From an uncultured Bacilli bacterium (lineage in GTDB: Bacteria > Bacillota_I > Bacilli_A > RF39 > UBA660), in the NCBI GenBank assembly GCA_947624565.1, contig CANQKX010000004.1:3273-67272 (forward strand): a stretch of 64,000 nucleotides of DNA. Direction: 5' to 3'. Below, piece after piece: positions 28,074-37,436 of this stretch (positions within the stretch are counted from its first letter, which is position 1; every line of letters begins with the position of its first letter). The notes under the pieces were generated by a model. It worked only from the letters and a program-made list of their open reading frames with translations. It searched no databases and was not told the origin of the DNA. The position numbers and the translations under genes are program-made.

Positions 28074-29656
28074 TATTTCTTCTCCAAATACTCATCATAA
28101 GTCATCATTTTATCTATATATTTTCCATCTTCTTTAAATTCTATTATACGATTAGCCACTGTAGATAAAAGTTCATGATCATGTGATGAAAATAATATTG
28201 ATCCTTTATATTCTTTCATTCCTTTATTTAATGAAGTAATTGATTCAATATCTAAATGATTTGTAGGATCATCCATTATAAGTACATTTGCACCACTTAA
28301 CATTAACTTAGACATCATACATCTAACTTTTTCTCCACCTGATAATACTTTAACTTTTTTGAAAACTTCATCAGCAGAAAATAACATTCTTCCAAGGAAT
28401 CCTCTAATAAATGGTTCTTCTTGATTTTTAGAAAATTGTCTAAGAAATTCAATTAAATCTAAATCATTATTGAAATATTTATCATGATTTTTTTCAAAAT
28501 AAGAATATGTAACTGTAGTTCCCCATTTAATTTCCCCGCTATCAGGTTTCATTTCACCAGTAATAATATTAAATAATGTCGTAATAGCAAGTTCATTAGT
28601 ACCAACAAATGCTACTTTATCATTAGTATTTATAGTTAAATTCATATTTTTTAAGACAACATGTCCATCAATAGTCTTTGATATTCCTTTAAGTTCAAGT
28701 ACATCTTTTCCTAAAGGTCTATCTATTTCAAAATTAATATATGGATATTTTCTTGATGATGCTTTTAATTCTTCAAGTTCTATTTTTTCTAGTGACCTCT
28801 TTCTACTTGTTGCTTGTCTAGATTTAGACGCATTAGCAGAAAATCTTGCAATAAAATCTTTTAATTCTTTTATTTTTTCTTCTTTTTTCTTATTTTGATC
28901 TTTCATCTGTTTTAATATTAATTGACTAGATTCATACCAAAAATCATAATTTCCTATAAATAATGTTATCTTACCATAATCTATATCAAGCATATGTGTA
29001 CATACTTTATTTAAAAAATGTCTATCATGTGATACTACAATTATAGTATTATCAAAATTAATTAAAAATTCTTCAAGCCACATTTTAGCATCTATATCTA
29101 AATAGTTCGTTGGTTCATCAAGTATAAGTATATCAGGATTTCCAAAAAGCGCCCTCGCAAGTAAAACTTTTACTTTCTCTTTACCATCTAAGTCTCTCAT
29201 TAACTTATCATGATAACTAGTATCAATACCAAGTCCGCTTAAAAGTATTGCTGCATCACTTTCAGCATTCCATCCATTTAAATCAGCAAATTCAGATTCT
29301 AATTCACCTGCTTTTATACCATCTTCTTCAGTAAAATCTTCTTTTGAATACAATGCTTCTTTTTCTTTCATAATGTTATATAATTTTGAATTGCCCATTA
29401 TAACCGTCTGTATAACATTATATTCATCATATGCATTATGATCTTGTTTTAACACAGATAATCTTTCGCCTTTAGATATAATTATATCTCCTGTTGTTGA
29501 TTCTAATTCACCACTTAATAATTTTAAAAAAGTAGATTTACCTGCTCCATTGGCACCAATTACACCATAACAATTACCTTTTTCAAACTTCAAATTTACA
29601 TTTTCAAATAATACTCTAGTATTAAATCTTAAACTTAAATTATTTACCTGTAACAT
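28073..29656 (-). CDS. ABC-F family ATPase (tandem ABC domains, no TMD)
   Basis: There are two Walker A motifs (GANGAGKST; second NBD GTNELAITT). There are two signature motifs (LSGG-like) and Walker B motifs (ILILDEPTN, VLIMDDPTN). The interdomain linker is ~60 aa. Confidence 0.85.
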   Translation of the reverse strand: MLQVNNLSLRFNTRVLFENVNLKFEKGNCYGVIGANGAGKSTFLKLLSGELESTTGDIIISKGERLSVLKQDHNAYDEYNVIQTVIMGNSKLYNIMKEKEALYSKEDFTEEDGIKAGELESEFADLNGWNAESDAAILLSGLGIDTSYHDKLMRDLDGKEKVKVLLARALFGNPDILILDEPTNYLDIDAKMWLEEFLINFDNTIIVVSHDRHFLNKVCTHMLDIDYGKITLFIGNYDFWYESSQLILKQMKDQNKKKEEKIKELKDFIARFSANASKSRQATSRKRSLEKIELEELKASSRKYPYINFEIDRPLGKDVLELKGISKTIDGHVVLKNMNLTINTNDKVAFVGTNELAITTLFNIITGEMKPDSGEIKWGTTVTYSYFEKNHDKYFNNDLDLIEFLRQFSKNQEEPFIRGFLGRMLFSADEVFKKVKVLSGGEKVRCMMSKLMLSGANVLIMDDPTNHLDIESITSLNKGMKEYKGSILFSSHDHELLSTVANRIIEFKEDGKYIDKMMTYDEYLEKK

Positions 29657-29703
29657 AAAATCACTTCCAATCTAATTTTACTTTATAAAAATAATAAAGG
29701 CAA

Positions 29704-29735
29704 GAAAAAAAGTATAAATTAAACTATTTATACTA
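29704..29735 (-). terminator. Rho-independent terminator after the prepilin/GLUG-repeat gene
   Basis: The hairpin agtataaat-taaact-atttatact is followed on the minus strand by a T7 run. Confidence 0.4.
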
Positions 29736-32699
29736 TTATTTTTCTACTACATATATTCCTTTTTTACTATCTACATAATCAAAATAGTATCCTGTATTAT
29801 TAACATCTCCATTATTTTTTGTTTCTACTTTATCTGTATAAAATTCCAAATTTCCTATATTATCTGATGAGAATCCATCTGTTTGTGATGTACCATTTAT
29901 AACAACTTTATTGGAATAATACCCTCCAATTGGTTCTCCACCAGTAATTATGCCAAAATTACTACCTGCCGTTAACTTTCCTCCTTCTACTATTCTTGAT
30001 GTATTATAACTGTAAGTTAATCCATATATAATTCCTACATAATCTTGGCCTGTTACATTTGCTTCTATTATTATATTTGGAGTTTCAACATATGAATCAG
30101 TACTTCCTACTAATCCTCCTACACAGTTATTCCCTATTATATTGGAATTTCTTATTACTATTTCTCTTGCTGTCGACCATGCATATGGACTTGCTCTACC
30201 TAATACACCGGCTAATCCTCCTACATTATCTTTTCCTGTTACATTTATATTCTCTATGTTTAAGCCTACCAATTCTCCTGTAATCATATATCCTACTATT
30301 CCTATGTTATCTACTTTTGATGCATGTATTGTTACATTATTTATTGTCTTTGCTCCTCCATCTAATGTTCCAGTAAGTTGATTGTAATAACTTCCAAGCA
30401 TATAAAATTTATTATTACTAAAGTTTAAATCATTTTTTATTTTATATACTTTATTTAGTTGTAAAGTTGCTGTCTTCCAATCTTTCTCATTTTCTATTAA
30501 ATATGGTTCTTCTTTTGTTCCTTGTCCTTTTAAATTGATGTCCATTGGATTTTTTTCTACACTCTTTAAAATTATTTCTCCTTTATCATCATAATCAAAA
30601 TAATATCCTGTGGAGTTATTATCTCCTCCTATCCATGTATCTAATCCTGCTGCTTCATAAAAGTTTATATCATTTAAATCTGTTTCATAATTAAATCCAT
30701 CACCTTGGTGCACTTCATTTATAGTAACTTTATTGGAATAATACCCTCCAATTGGTTCTCCACCAGTAATTATGCCAAAATTACTACCTGCCGTTAACTT
30801 TCCTCCTTCTACTATTCTTGATGTATTATAACTGTAAGTTAATCCATATATAATTCCTACATAATCTTGGCCTGTTACATTTGCTTCTATTATTATATTT
30901 GGAGTTTCAACATATGAATCAGTACTTCCTACTAATCCTCCTACACAGTTATTCCCTATTATATTGGAATTTCTTATTACTATTTCTCTTGCTGTCGACC
31001 ATGCATATGGACTTGCTCTACCTAATACACCGGCTAATCCTCCTACATTATCTTTTCCTGTTACATTTATATTCTCTATGTTTAAGCCTACCAATTCTCC
31101 TGTAATCATATATCCTACTATTCCTATGTTATCTACTTTTGATGCATGTATTGTTACATTATTTATTGTCTTTGCTCCTCCATCTAATGTTCCAGTAAGT
31201 TGATTGTAATAACTTCCAAGCATATAAAATTTATTATTACTAAAGTTTAAATCATTTTTTATTTTATATACTTTATTTAGTTGTAAAGTTGCTGTCTTCC
31301 AATCTTTCTCATTTTCTATTAAATATGGTTCTTCTTTTGTTCCTTGTCCTTTTAAATTGATGTCCATTGGATTTTTTTCTACACTCTTTAAAATTATTTC
31401 TCCTTTATCATCATAATCAAAATAATATCCTGTGGAGTTATTATCTCCTCCTATCCATGTATCTAATCCTGCTGCTTCATAAAAGTTTATATCATTTAAA
31501 TCTGTTTCATAATTAAATCCATCACCTTGGTGCACTTCATTTATAGTAACTTTATTGGAATAATACCCTCCAATTGGTTCTCCACCAGTAATTATGCCAA
31601 AATTACTACCTGCCGTTAACTTTCCTCCTTCTACTATTCTTGATGTATTATTATTAACGGTTGAACCATATATAATTCCTACATAATCTTGGCCTGTTAC
31701 ATTTGCTTTCGCTATTATACTTGTAGTTTCAACATATGAATCAGTACTTCCTACTAATCCTCCTACGTAGTTATTCCCTGTTATATTGGAATTTCTTATT
31801 ATTATTTCTCTTGCTGTCGACCATGCATATGGACTTGCTCCTAATACACCTACTAATCCTCCTACATTATCTTTTCCTGTTACATTTATGTTCTCTAGGT
31901 TTAATCCTACTATCTCCCCTGCACTCATGTGTCCAAATAATCCTACATTATCATCATTTGGCAAATTTATTGTTAAATTACTTATTGTTTTTGCTCCTCC
32001 ATCAAATTTACCTTTAAATGGATTTTCTGCAGTTCCTATTGGTTTAAAACTTTCTTCTCCACATGTGTTTTTATTATCACTCATGTCTAAATCATTTCTT
32101 AGTTTTATTACTTTTCCTTCATATGATGTCCCATTATTTACATCTCTTGATAATTTATATAAATCACTTACTGAATCTATATATAATGTTACTTTATCTT
32201 CATCTTCTTCTAATTCACATGGTTTTTTATCTGTGATTGGTTTTTCTTCTTCTATTACACATTTAAATCCTTCATCTGTTGATCTTCCTACTTTTACACC
32301 TTTTTCATTTTCGTTTTTTATCGCACACCATTTCTTATTCTTACTTACTAATTTTTCTACTATTACATTTTTATTTTCTAATAGTGTTAAACTTCCACTA
32401 CTTGGTTTATCTCCCTTAAATTTTAATAATCCTACTTCATTTTCATTTATTTGTACTGTATCTTTCCCATTTTCTCCATATATATACTCTATTGGTAGAC
32501 TTCTTGCTTCTCCTTTTATATCATCTAATTCATACTGCATTTTTGCTGTATGTACCATTAATTCTACACTTTCTTTATATGCTTGCATTTCTGCTTTTTC
32601 TATAACATCTAATACTTTTGGTACTGCCAATACCATTATTATTGCTAGTATTACTATAACCGCTAGTAACTCTATTAATGTAAATCCTTTTTTCTTCAT
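29736..32699 (-). CDS. Large surface protein with a type IV prepilin-type N-terminal cleavage/methylation signal and three tandem GLUG-like beta-helix repeat modules
   Basis: The N-terminus is MKKKGFTLIELLAVIVILAIIMVLAVPKV, a class III signal of the G-F-T-L-I-E type. The ~274-aa modules contain GGLVG/GGLAG motifs, each preceded by a G-T-x-E-[NE]-P-[YF] motif. Upstream lie an extended -10 (tgaTATACT) and an AGGAGAA SD. Confidence 0.7.
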   Translation of the reverse strand: MKKKGFTLIELLAVIVILAIIMVLAVPKVLDVIEKAEMQAYKESVELMVHTAKMQYELDDIKGEARSLPIEYIYGENGKDTVQINENEVGLLKFKGDKPSSGSLTLLENKNVIVEKLVSKNKKWCAIKNENEKGVKVGRSTDEGFKCVIEEEKPITDKKPCELEEDEDKVTLYIDSVSDLYKLSRDVNNGTSYEGKVIKLRNDLDMSDNKNTCGEESFKPIGTAENPFKGKFDGGAKTISNLTINLPNDDNVGLFGHMSAGEIVGLNLENINVTGKDNVGGLVGVLGASPYAWSTAREIIIRNSNITGNNYVGGLVGSTDSYVETTSIIAKANVTGQDYVGIIYGSTVNNNTSRIVEGGKLTAGSNFGIITGGEPIGGYYSNKVTINEVHQGDGFNYETDLNDINFYEAAGLDTWIGGDNNSTGYYFDYDDKGEIILKSVEKNPMDINLKGQGTKEEPYLIENEKDWKTATLQLNKVYKIKNDLNFSNNKFYMLGSYYNQLTGTLDGGAKTINNVTIHASKVDNIGIVGYMITGELVGLNIENINVTGKDNVGGLAGVLGRASPYAWSTAREIVIRNSNIIGNNCVGGLVGSTDSYVETPNIIIEANVTGQDYVGIIYGLTYSYNTSRIVEGGKLTAGSNFGIITGGEPIGGYYSNKVTINEVHQGDGFNYETDLNDINFYEAAGLDTWIGGDNNSTGYYFDYDDKGEIILKSVEKNPMDINLKGQGTKEEPYLIENEKDWKTATLQLNKVYKIKNDLNFSNNKFYMLGSYYNQLTGTLDGGAKTINNVTIHASKVDNIGIVGYMITGELVGLNIENINVTGKDNVGGLAGVLGRASPYAWSTAREIVIRNSNIIGNNCVGGLVGSTDSYVETPNIIIEANVTGQDYVGIIYGLTYSYNTSRIVEGGKLTAGSNFGIITGGEPIGGYYSNKVVINGTSQTDGFSSDNIGNLEFYTDKVETKNNGDVNNTGYYFDYVDSKKGIYVVEK
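29895..31640. repeat. Perfect or near-perfect 822-bp tandem direct repeat (~2.1 copies) inside the prepilin/GLUG gene; a third, diverged copy extends to ~32030
   Basis: Antisense shadow ORFs 30059..30283 and 30881..31105 give identical translations (offset exactly 822). The same holds for 30142..30381 and 30964..31203. Direct reading shows identity from ~29895 to ~31640. Confidence 0.85.
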
Positions 32700-32737
32700 T
32701 TTATTCTCCTACTCTTATTTTAGTATATCATATTTTT

Positions 32738-32769
32738 ATACAAAAAAAAAGATATCAATATAATATCTT
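32738..32769 (-). terminator. Rho-independent terminator after the 32770..34605 gene
   Basis: The hairpin aaagatat-caatataat-atcttt is followed on the minus strand by T-runs. Confidence 0.4.
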
Positions 32770-34605
32770 TTACTCAACTACATAAACTCCATAATTATCT
32801 TTTTTATCAATATTTTTCTTTACTATTAAATAAATTTTTTTATCGTTTAAATTTATTTTAACTGATGATAATTCTAAATTATTTAGTTTTTTTATTTGAT
32901 CTGTTTTATAATTTAATATTTTTACATATTTATCTGCAGTATTGTTTATTATAATTCCTCTATATGGTTGAACTTCTTTTCCTGATTCATCATTTAATGT
33001 TTCATTTTCTTTAAGTTTATATTTATATGTTTTATCTTTATTTATATTATATATATTTATAATATTATTTTTTATATATATATAATTTTCTAAATTAGCA
33101 ACAAAGTAATCATTACTATTAACATTAATTATTTTTTTACCATTTTTATTTAATATTATTATACTATCATTTTTATCTTTATATCTATATAAAATATCAT
33201 TGTTAATTTTAATAATAGATACTTTATTATCACTTAACAATTTTTCTTTTTTCGCTGAATATATTGATAATGAACTAGTTGGTTCTTGCCCTATAACTAA
33301 TTTTTTATCACATATTGCAATATCATTATTTGATTGAAATAATATTTTATTTTTCTTATCATATAATATATATTTATTTGAATTATTATATTTTATTACT
33401 TTATACCCACCATCATAACCTGTATAACTATATATAGTTTGATTTTTCTTTGTTTCAAAAACTTTCTTATTTTCACCTAAATTATATATAATAGATTTTT
33501 TATTATTACATGAATTTTTTAAACATGTTAACTTAAAATAATATTCATTATTATTTGACTTTAATTTATCTATAGATAAACGAGCATAACCATTATCTTT
33601 TTTATAATTATATATTTTTTCATATTTATTATTTTTTGTATTAAGTACACCTGCTGAATTTTCTTTTTTATTATCTACTAAAATATATTTTTGATTTTTT
33701 TCATATACACTTTCTTCATATAAATCATATGTTTCTAAATCTAATTGTTTTGTTAACTCTTCAATATAAAGTTCACTTTCTAATCTTTTTTGTTTACCAT
33801 TTTCAAGTAATGTATATTTAATATTTTTATTATCAATTATAGTATAACTTAAATCTTCATTTATAATATAACTATTAAAACTATTTCCAATTATTTTCTC
33901 TTTATCTAAACTAAAATAATTATAATTATTCTCTTTTTCATTTTTTAAAATAAAGAAGTCATTATTTTCAGATACTTTAGATATACTATAATTATCTAAT
34001 ATTTTATTTGCTTTTTTATCTAATAAAATATAATTATCATCAATTTTAATTTGTATATATTTTTTATCTAAATATGATTTAATATCAGAAATATTTTCAT
34101 ATATTATTTTTCCTTTTTTATCTAGTAATGTATATAAATTTTTTTCTTTATTAAACATTGATATAACATTATCATTTATGATAGTTAGTTCATTTATTGT
34201 TTCATATATAATATCACCATTTTTATCTCTAACAGAATAATTTATAATATTTAATTTTGAATCAACTAATTTTGAAATATAATAATCATCACCTATTTGC
34301 ACAGGAATTTGTTTAGTTTCATTCTTATTTTCCTTATAATCTGCTACTTTCTTACCATCATTATTATATATTAATGATTCATTTTTTTCTTTAACTATAA
34401 AACCATTACAAAATTCATCTATACATTCAACATCATCATACTTTACACTTAAAATCTTTCTAACACCAGATATACTATCTTCATCTTTAAATTTAATAAA
34501 TGCAAGATGTCCCACTACAACTATAAAAAATATTATTACAATAGTAATTACTATTTTTAATATCAATGATTTATTTATATTATTAATTTTATTTTTTGTT
34601 GTCAT
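32770..34605 (-). CDS. Membrane-anchored repetitive extracellular protein (hypothetical)
   Basis: The N-terminal TM anchor is LILKIVITIVIIFFIVVVGHLAFI. Degenerate ~25-30 aa repeats rich in K/N/Y/I follow (LDKKGKIIYENISDIKSY, LDKKANKILDNYSISK...). They resemble WG-type beta-propeller repeats but lack the WG motif. Confidence 0.45.
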   Translation of the reverse strand: MTTKNKINNINKSLILKIVITIVIIFFIVVVGHLAFIKFKDEDSISGVRKILSVKYDDVECIDEFCNGFIVKEKNESLIYNNDGKKVADYKENKNETKQIPVQIGDDYYISKLVDSKLNIINYSVRDKNGDIIYETINELTIINDNVISMFNKEKNLYTLLDKKGKIIYENISDIKSYLDKKYIQIKIDDNYILLDKKANKILDNYSISKVSENNDFFILKNEKENNYNYFSLDKEKIIGNSFNSYIINEDLSYTIIDNKNIKYTLLENGKQKRLESELYIEELTKQLDLETYDLYEESVYEKNQKYILVDNKKENSAGVLNTKNNKYEKIYNYKKDNGYARLSIDKLKSNNNEYYFKLTCLKNSCNNKKSIIYNLGENKKVFETKKNQTIYSYTGYDGGYKVIKYNNSNKYILYDKKNKILFQSNNDIAICDKKLVIGQEPTSSLSIYSAKKEKLLSDNKVSIIKINNDILYRYKDKNDSIIILNKNGKKIINVNSNDYFVANLENYIYIKNNIINIYNINKDKTYKYKLKENETLNDESGKEVQPYRGIIINNTADKYVKILNYKTDQIKKLNNLELSSVKINLNDKKIYLIVKKNIDKKDNYGVYVVE

Positions 34606-34656
34606 ATTTAACTCTCCTAATCTAAAGTATAATACAAATATTCACATTTTACAATA

Positions 34657-36231
34657 TTACTTTATAACACCTATTATATTGCCATTTACTACATCTATAT
34701 TTAAGTAATTAGAATTTTTTGATAATCCAGGCATAGTAATAACATTTCCAATATATATAACTATAAACCCTGCTCCGTTTTTTATTTTTACATCTGTAAT
34801 TGTCATATCAAAATCTTTAGGATATCCTAAAAATTTAGGATTGCCTGTTATTGAAGTAGGATTTTTTGATATACATATAGGTAAATTTTTGAATTCACTA
34901 TTATTTATATAATCTAATTTTTCTTTTATATCATTATTTATAATAACATTTTTAGCATGAAGTAAATCTTTACATAAAATATTTATTTTCTTATATATAT
35001 CATCATTTAAATTATATAACTCTTTTGAAATTATATTATTTTCACACATTTTAATAATTGTATTTGCTAAATTAATAGATTTATCTAATGAATCACTATA
35101 AAGATAACTAATTTCAAAAGGTACATTAAGTTTTTTACAAAAATCTTGTATATATTTAATATCTTCATCAGCATCACTTTCAAATTTATTTAAAACAACT
35201 AAAATATTATTTGAAAAGTTTTTCATGTTTTCAATATGAAATTGTAAATTAGATATACCTTTTTGTAAATCATTATCTCCATTATATTTTAAAGATTGTA
35301 TTGTTGCATTAATAATTACTAAATTTGGATATACATTAAGTTTTCTTTCTTTTATATCAAAGAATTTAATCGCACCCATATCACTACCAAAACCAGATTC
35401 TACAATTGTATAATCACATAATTTTAATGCATAATTTGTTGATATCAATGAATTACATCCATGTGCTATATTAGCAAATGGACCACCGTGTATAATCGCA
35501 GGATTATTATATAAAGTTTGAACTATATTAGGTTTAAAGGCATGTTTTAAAAGGGCAAGGATAGAACCTGTACAATTTAAATCTTTAACATATATAATTT
35601 TATTATCTATTGTATAACCAACTATAATATTATCAATATTTTTTCTTAAATCTTCCATATCTTTTGAAAGACAAAAAACACTCATTATTTCAGATGCCGC
35701 TGTTATATCAAATTTTTCTTTTCTATCAATATTATTTAAATATATACTTCTAAGTGCTCTATCATTTATATCAATACATCTATTAAAAAATATCCTGTTT
35801 TTATCCAAATTAAGTTCATTTCCTTGATATATATGATTATCAATTATAGAACATATTAAATTATTAGCACTTGTTATCGCATGAATATCTGAAGTAAAAT
35901 GAAGATTTATATCTTCTTCAGGAACTACCTTTGATTTTCCCCCTCCAGTTGCTCCACCTTTAACTCCAAATACTGGTCCCAAAGATGGCTCTCTTAATAC
36001 AACTATACTTTTTTTATTTACATAATTTAGTAAATCGCATATTCCTATTGAAAGAGTTGTTTTACCCTCTCCATATTTAGTTGGACTTATTGATGTTACT
36101 AGTATAAGTTTACCATTTTTATTTTTTATATTAGATAAATCAGTATCTATTTTTGCAATATATTTTCCGTAATGATATAAATCATCACTATTTAGATTTA
36201 TTTTTTTAACAACTTCATCTATATTAATCAT
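34657..36231 (-). CDS. fhs: Formate--tetrahydrofolate ligase
   Basis: The P-loop is PTKYGEGKTTLSIGI. Length and overall architecture are Fhs-like. Confidence 0.85.
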   Translation of the reverse strand: MINIDEVVKKINLNSDDLYHYGKYIAKIDTDLSNIKNKNGKLILVTSISPTKYGEGKTTLSIGICDLLNYVNKKSIVVLREPSLGPVFGVKGGATGGGKSKVVPEEDINLHFTSDIHAITSANNLICSIIDNHIYQGNELNLDKNRIFFNRCIDINDRALRSIYLNNIDRKEKFDITAASEIMSVFCLSKDMEDLRKNIDNIIVGYTIDNKIIYVKDLNCTGSILALLKHAFKPNIVQTLYNNPAIIHGGPFANIAHGCNSLISTNYALKLCDYTIVESGFGSDMGAIKFFDIKERKLNVYPNLVIINATIQSLKYNGDNDLQKGISNLQFHIENMKNFSNNILVVLNKFESDADEDIKYIQDFCKKLNVPFEISYLYSDSLDKSINLANTIIKMCENNIISKELYNLNDDIYKKINILCKDLLHAKNVIINNDIKEKLDYINNSEFKNLPICISKNPTSITGNPKFLGYPKDFDMTITDVKIKNGAGFIVIYIGNVITMPGLSKNSNYLNIDVVNGNIIGVIK

Positions 36232-36239
36232 ATTATGAC

Positions 36240-37280
36240 CTACCTTTTCATTATTTCTTTTATATATTTGCCACTTTCAGATAAATATTTATCATCCAAA
36301 CTATCTATAGGAGATCCTTCTAATAATAAAGCAGAAGATTCATTTTTATCAGATAAAGACCAGTTAGCCCAAGAAATATTATTTTCATCCATAAAATCTA
36401 CCCATTTATTTGCTTCTTGTAAATAAACTCCACCATTACCTGATGCATCACTTACTCCCCATTCACTTACAAATATAGGTATTTTATTTATTGCTTCTTT
36501 TACTCTTTGCCTTAAATCATCTTTATGTGTACCTGCATAAAAATGAAATGCATACATTACATTTTTATCATTAATTGGATCTATCATAGGTTTATCTACT
36601 TCTTGACTCCATGTTGGTGTCCCAACTATTATAATGCTATTTTTACTATTTTTTCTTATTACATCAATAACTTCATTAGCATATGGTTTTATTGTTTCAC
36701 TCCATGTAACATTAGAATTTGGCTCATTACATATTTCATAAATAACATTTGGATAATCTTTATATTTACTACTCATTCTACTAAAAAAATCTTTTGCCTC
36801 CTTTATATATGTTAAAGGATTATTATCACTTAATATATGCCAATCAATTATTACATACATATCTAATTTTATTGCCGTATCTACAATTTTTATTACATCA
36901 TTTTCTAAATTTCTATTTTCAATATATCCACCCTCAGCAGTATACATTGCTATTCTAAATAAATTACTATTCCACTCATCTCGTAATTTTTTTATCATTT
37001 CTTCATTAGCAAATTTACCATACCACTGAATACCATGTGTACTCATTCCTTTTAATTGAATCTTATTACCTTTTTCATTTACAAGAGTATTATTCTTTAT
37101 TTCTAACCATCCATTAGAACTAACTAAATTATTATCAATAGTAGTACTTGATTGCACATCTTTTTTAACGTCTTGTTTATTACTTTTTTGATTATTATCC
37201 TTTTTTAAGTACAAAAATCCAATAACTACAATTAAAGAAATAATTATAAATAATAATATTTTTTTCATATTTATCACCAT
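36240..37280 (-). CDS. Secreted glycoside hydrolase family 5 endoglucanase (cellulase)
   Basis: A signal or TM helix sits at the N-terminus. The GH5 catalytic acid lies in the NEP context (YEICNEPN) and the nucleophile region is VSEWGVSDASGNGG. Confidence 0.8.
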   Translation of the reverse strand: MVINMKKILLFIIISLIVVIGFLYLKKDNNQKSNKQDVKKDVQSSTTIDNNLVSSNGWLEIKNNTLVNEKGNKIQLKGMSTHGIQWYGKFANEEMIKKLRDEWNSNLFRIAMYTAEGGYIENRNLENDVIKIVDTAIKLDMYVIIDWHILSDNNPLTYIKEAKDFFSRMSSKYKDYPNVIYEICNEPNSNVTWSETIKPYANEVIDVIRKNSKNSIIIVGTPTWSQEVDKPMIDPINDKNVMYAFHFYAGTHKDDLRQRVKEAINKIPIFVSEWGVSDASGNGGVYLQEANKWVDFMDENNISWANWSLSDKNESSALLLEGSPIDSLDDKYLSESGKYIKEIMKR

Positions 37281-37285
37281 ATTGA

Positions 37286-37324
37286 TTATAACAAAAAAGA
37301 TGATATATTTCTATATCATCATGG
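37286..37324 (-). terminator. Palindromic terminator-like repeat, copy 1, downstream of the TraG-like gene
   Basis: The sequence is ttataacaaaaaaGATGATATAtttcTATATCATCatgg. Its perfect 9-bp arms are followed on the minus strand by a T6 run. It is near-identical to the copy at 38953..38990. Confidence 0.5.
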
Positions 37325-37436
37325 AACTAATTTTAATACTTTCACATCTTTATTTTCATATTCATTCTTTAATTGATTATATAAATATAATTTTAAATAA
37401 TTTAAATCAATTTGTAATCTAATAATTTTTTGTAAC

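Noticed and set aside
30059-32763. Plus-strand ORFs 30059..30283, 30142..30381, 30881..31105, 30964..31203, 31736..32017 and 31786..32763 (325 aa)
   Set aside because: All lie antisense to the prepilin/GLUG gene. They are useful only as proof of the 822-bp repeat. The minus-strand frame carries the recognisable domains and signals.
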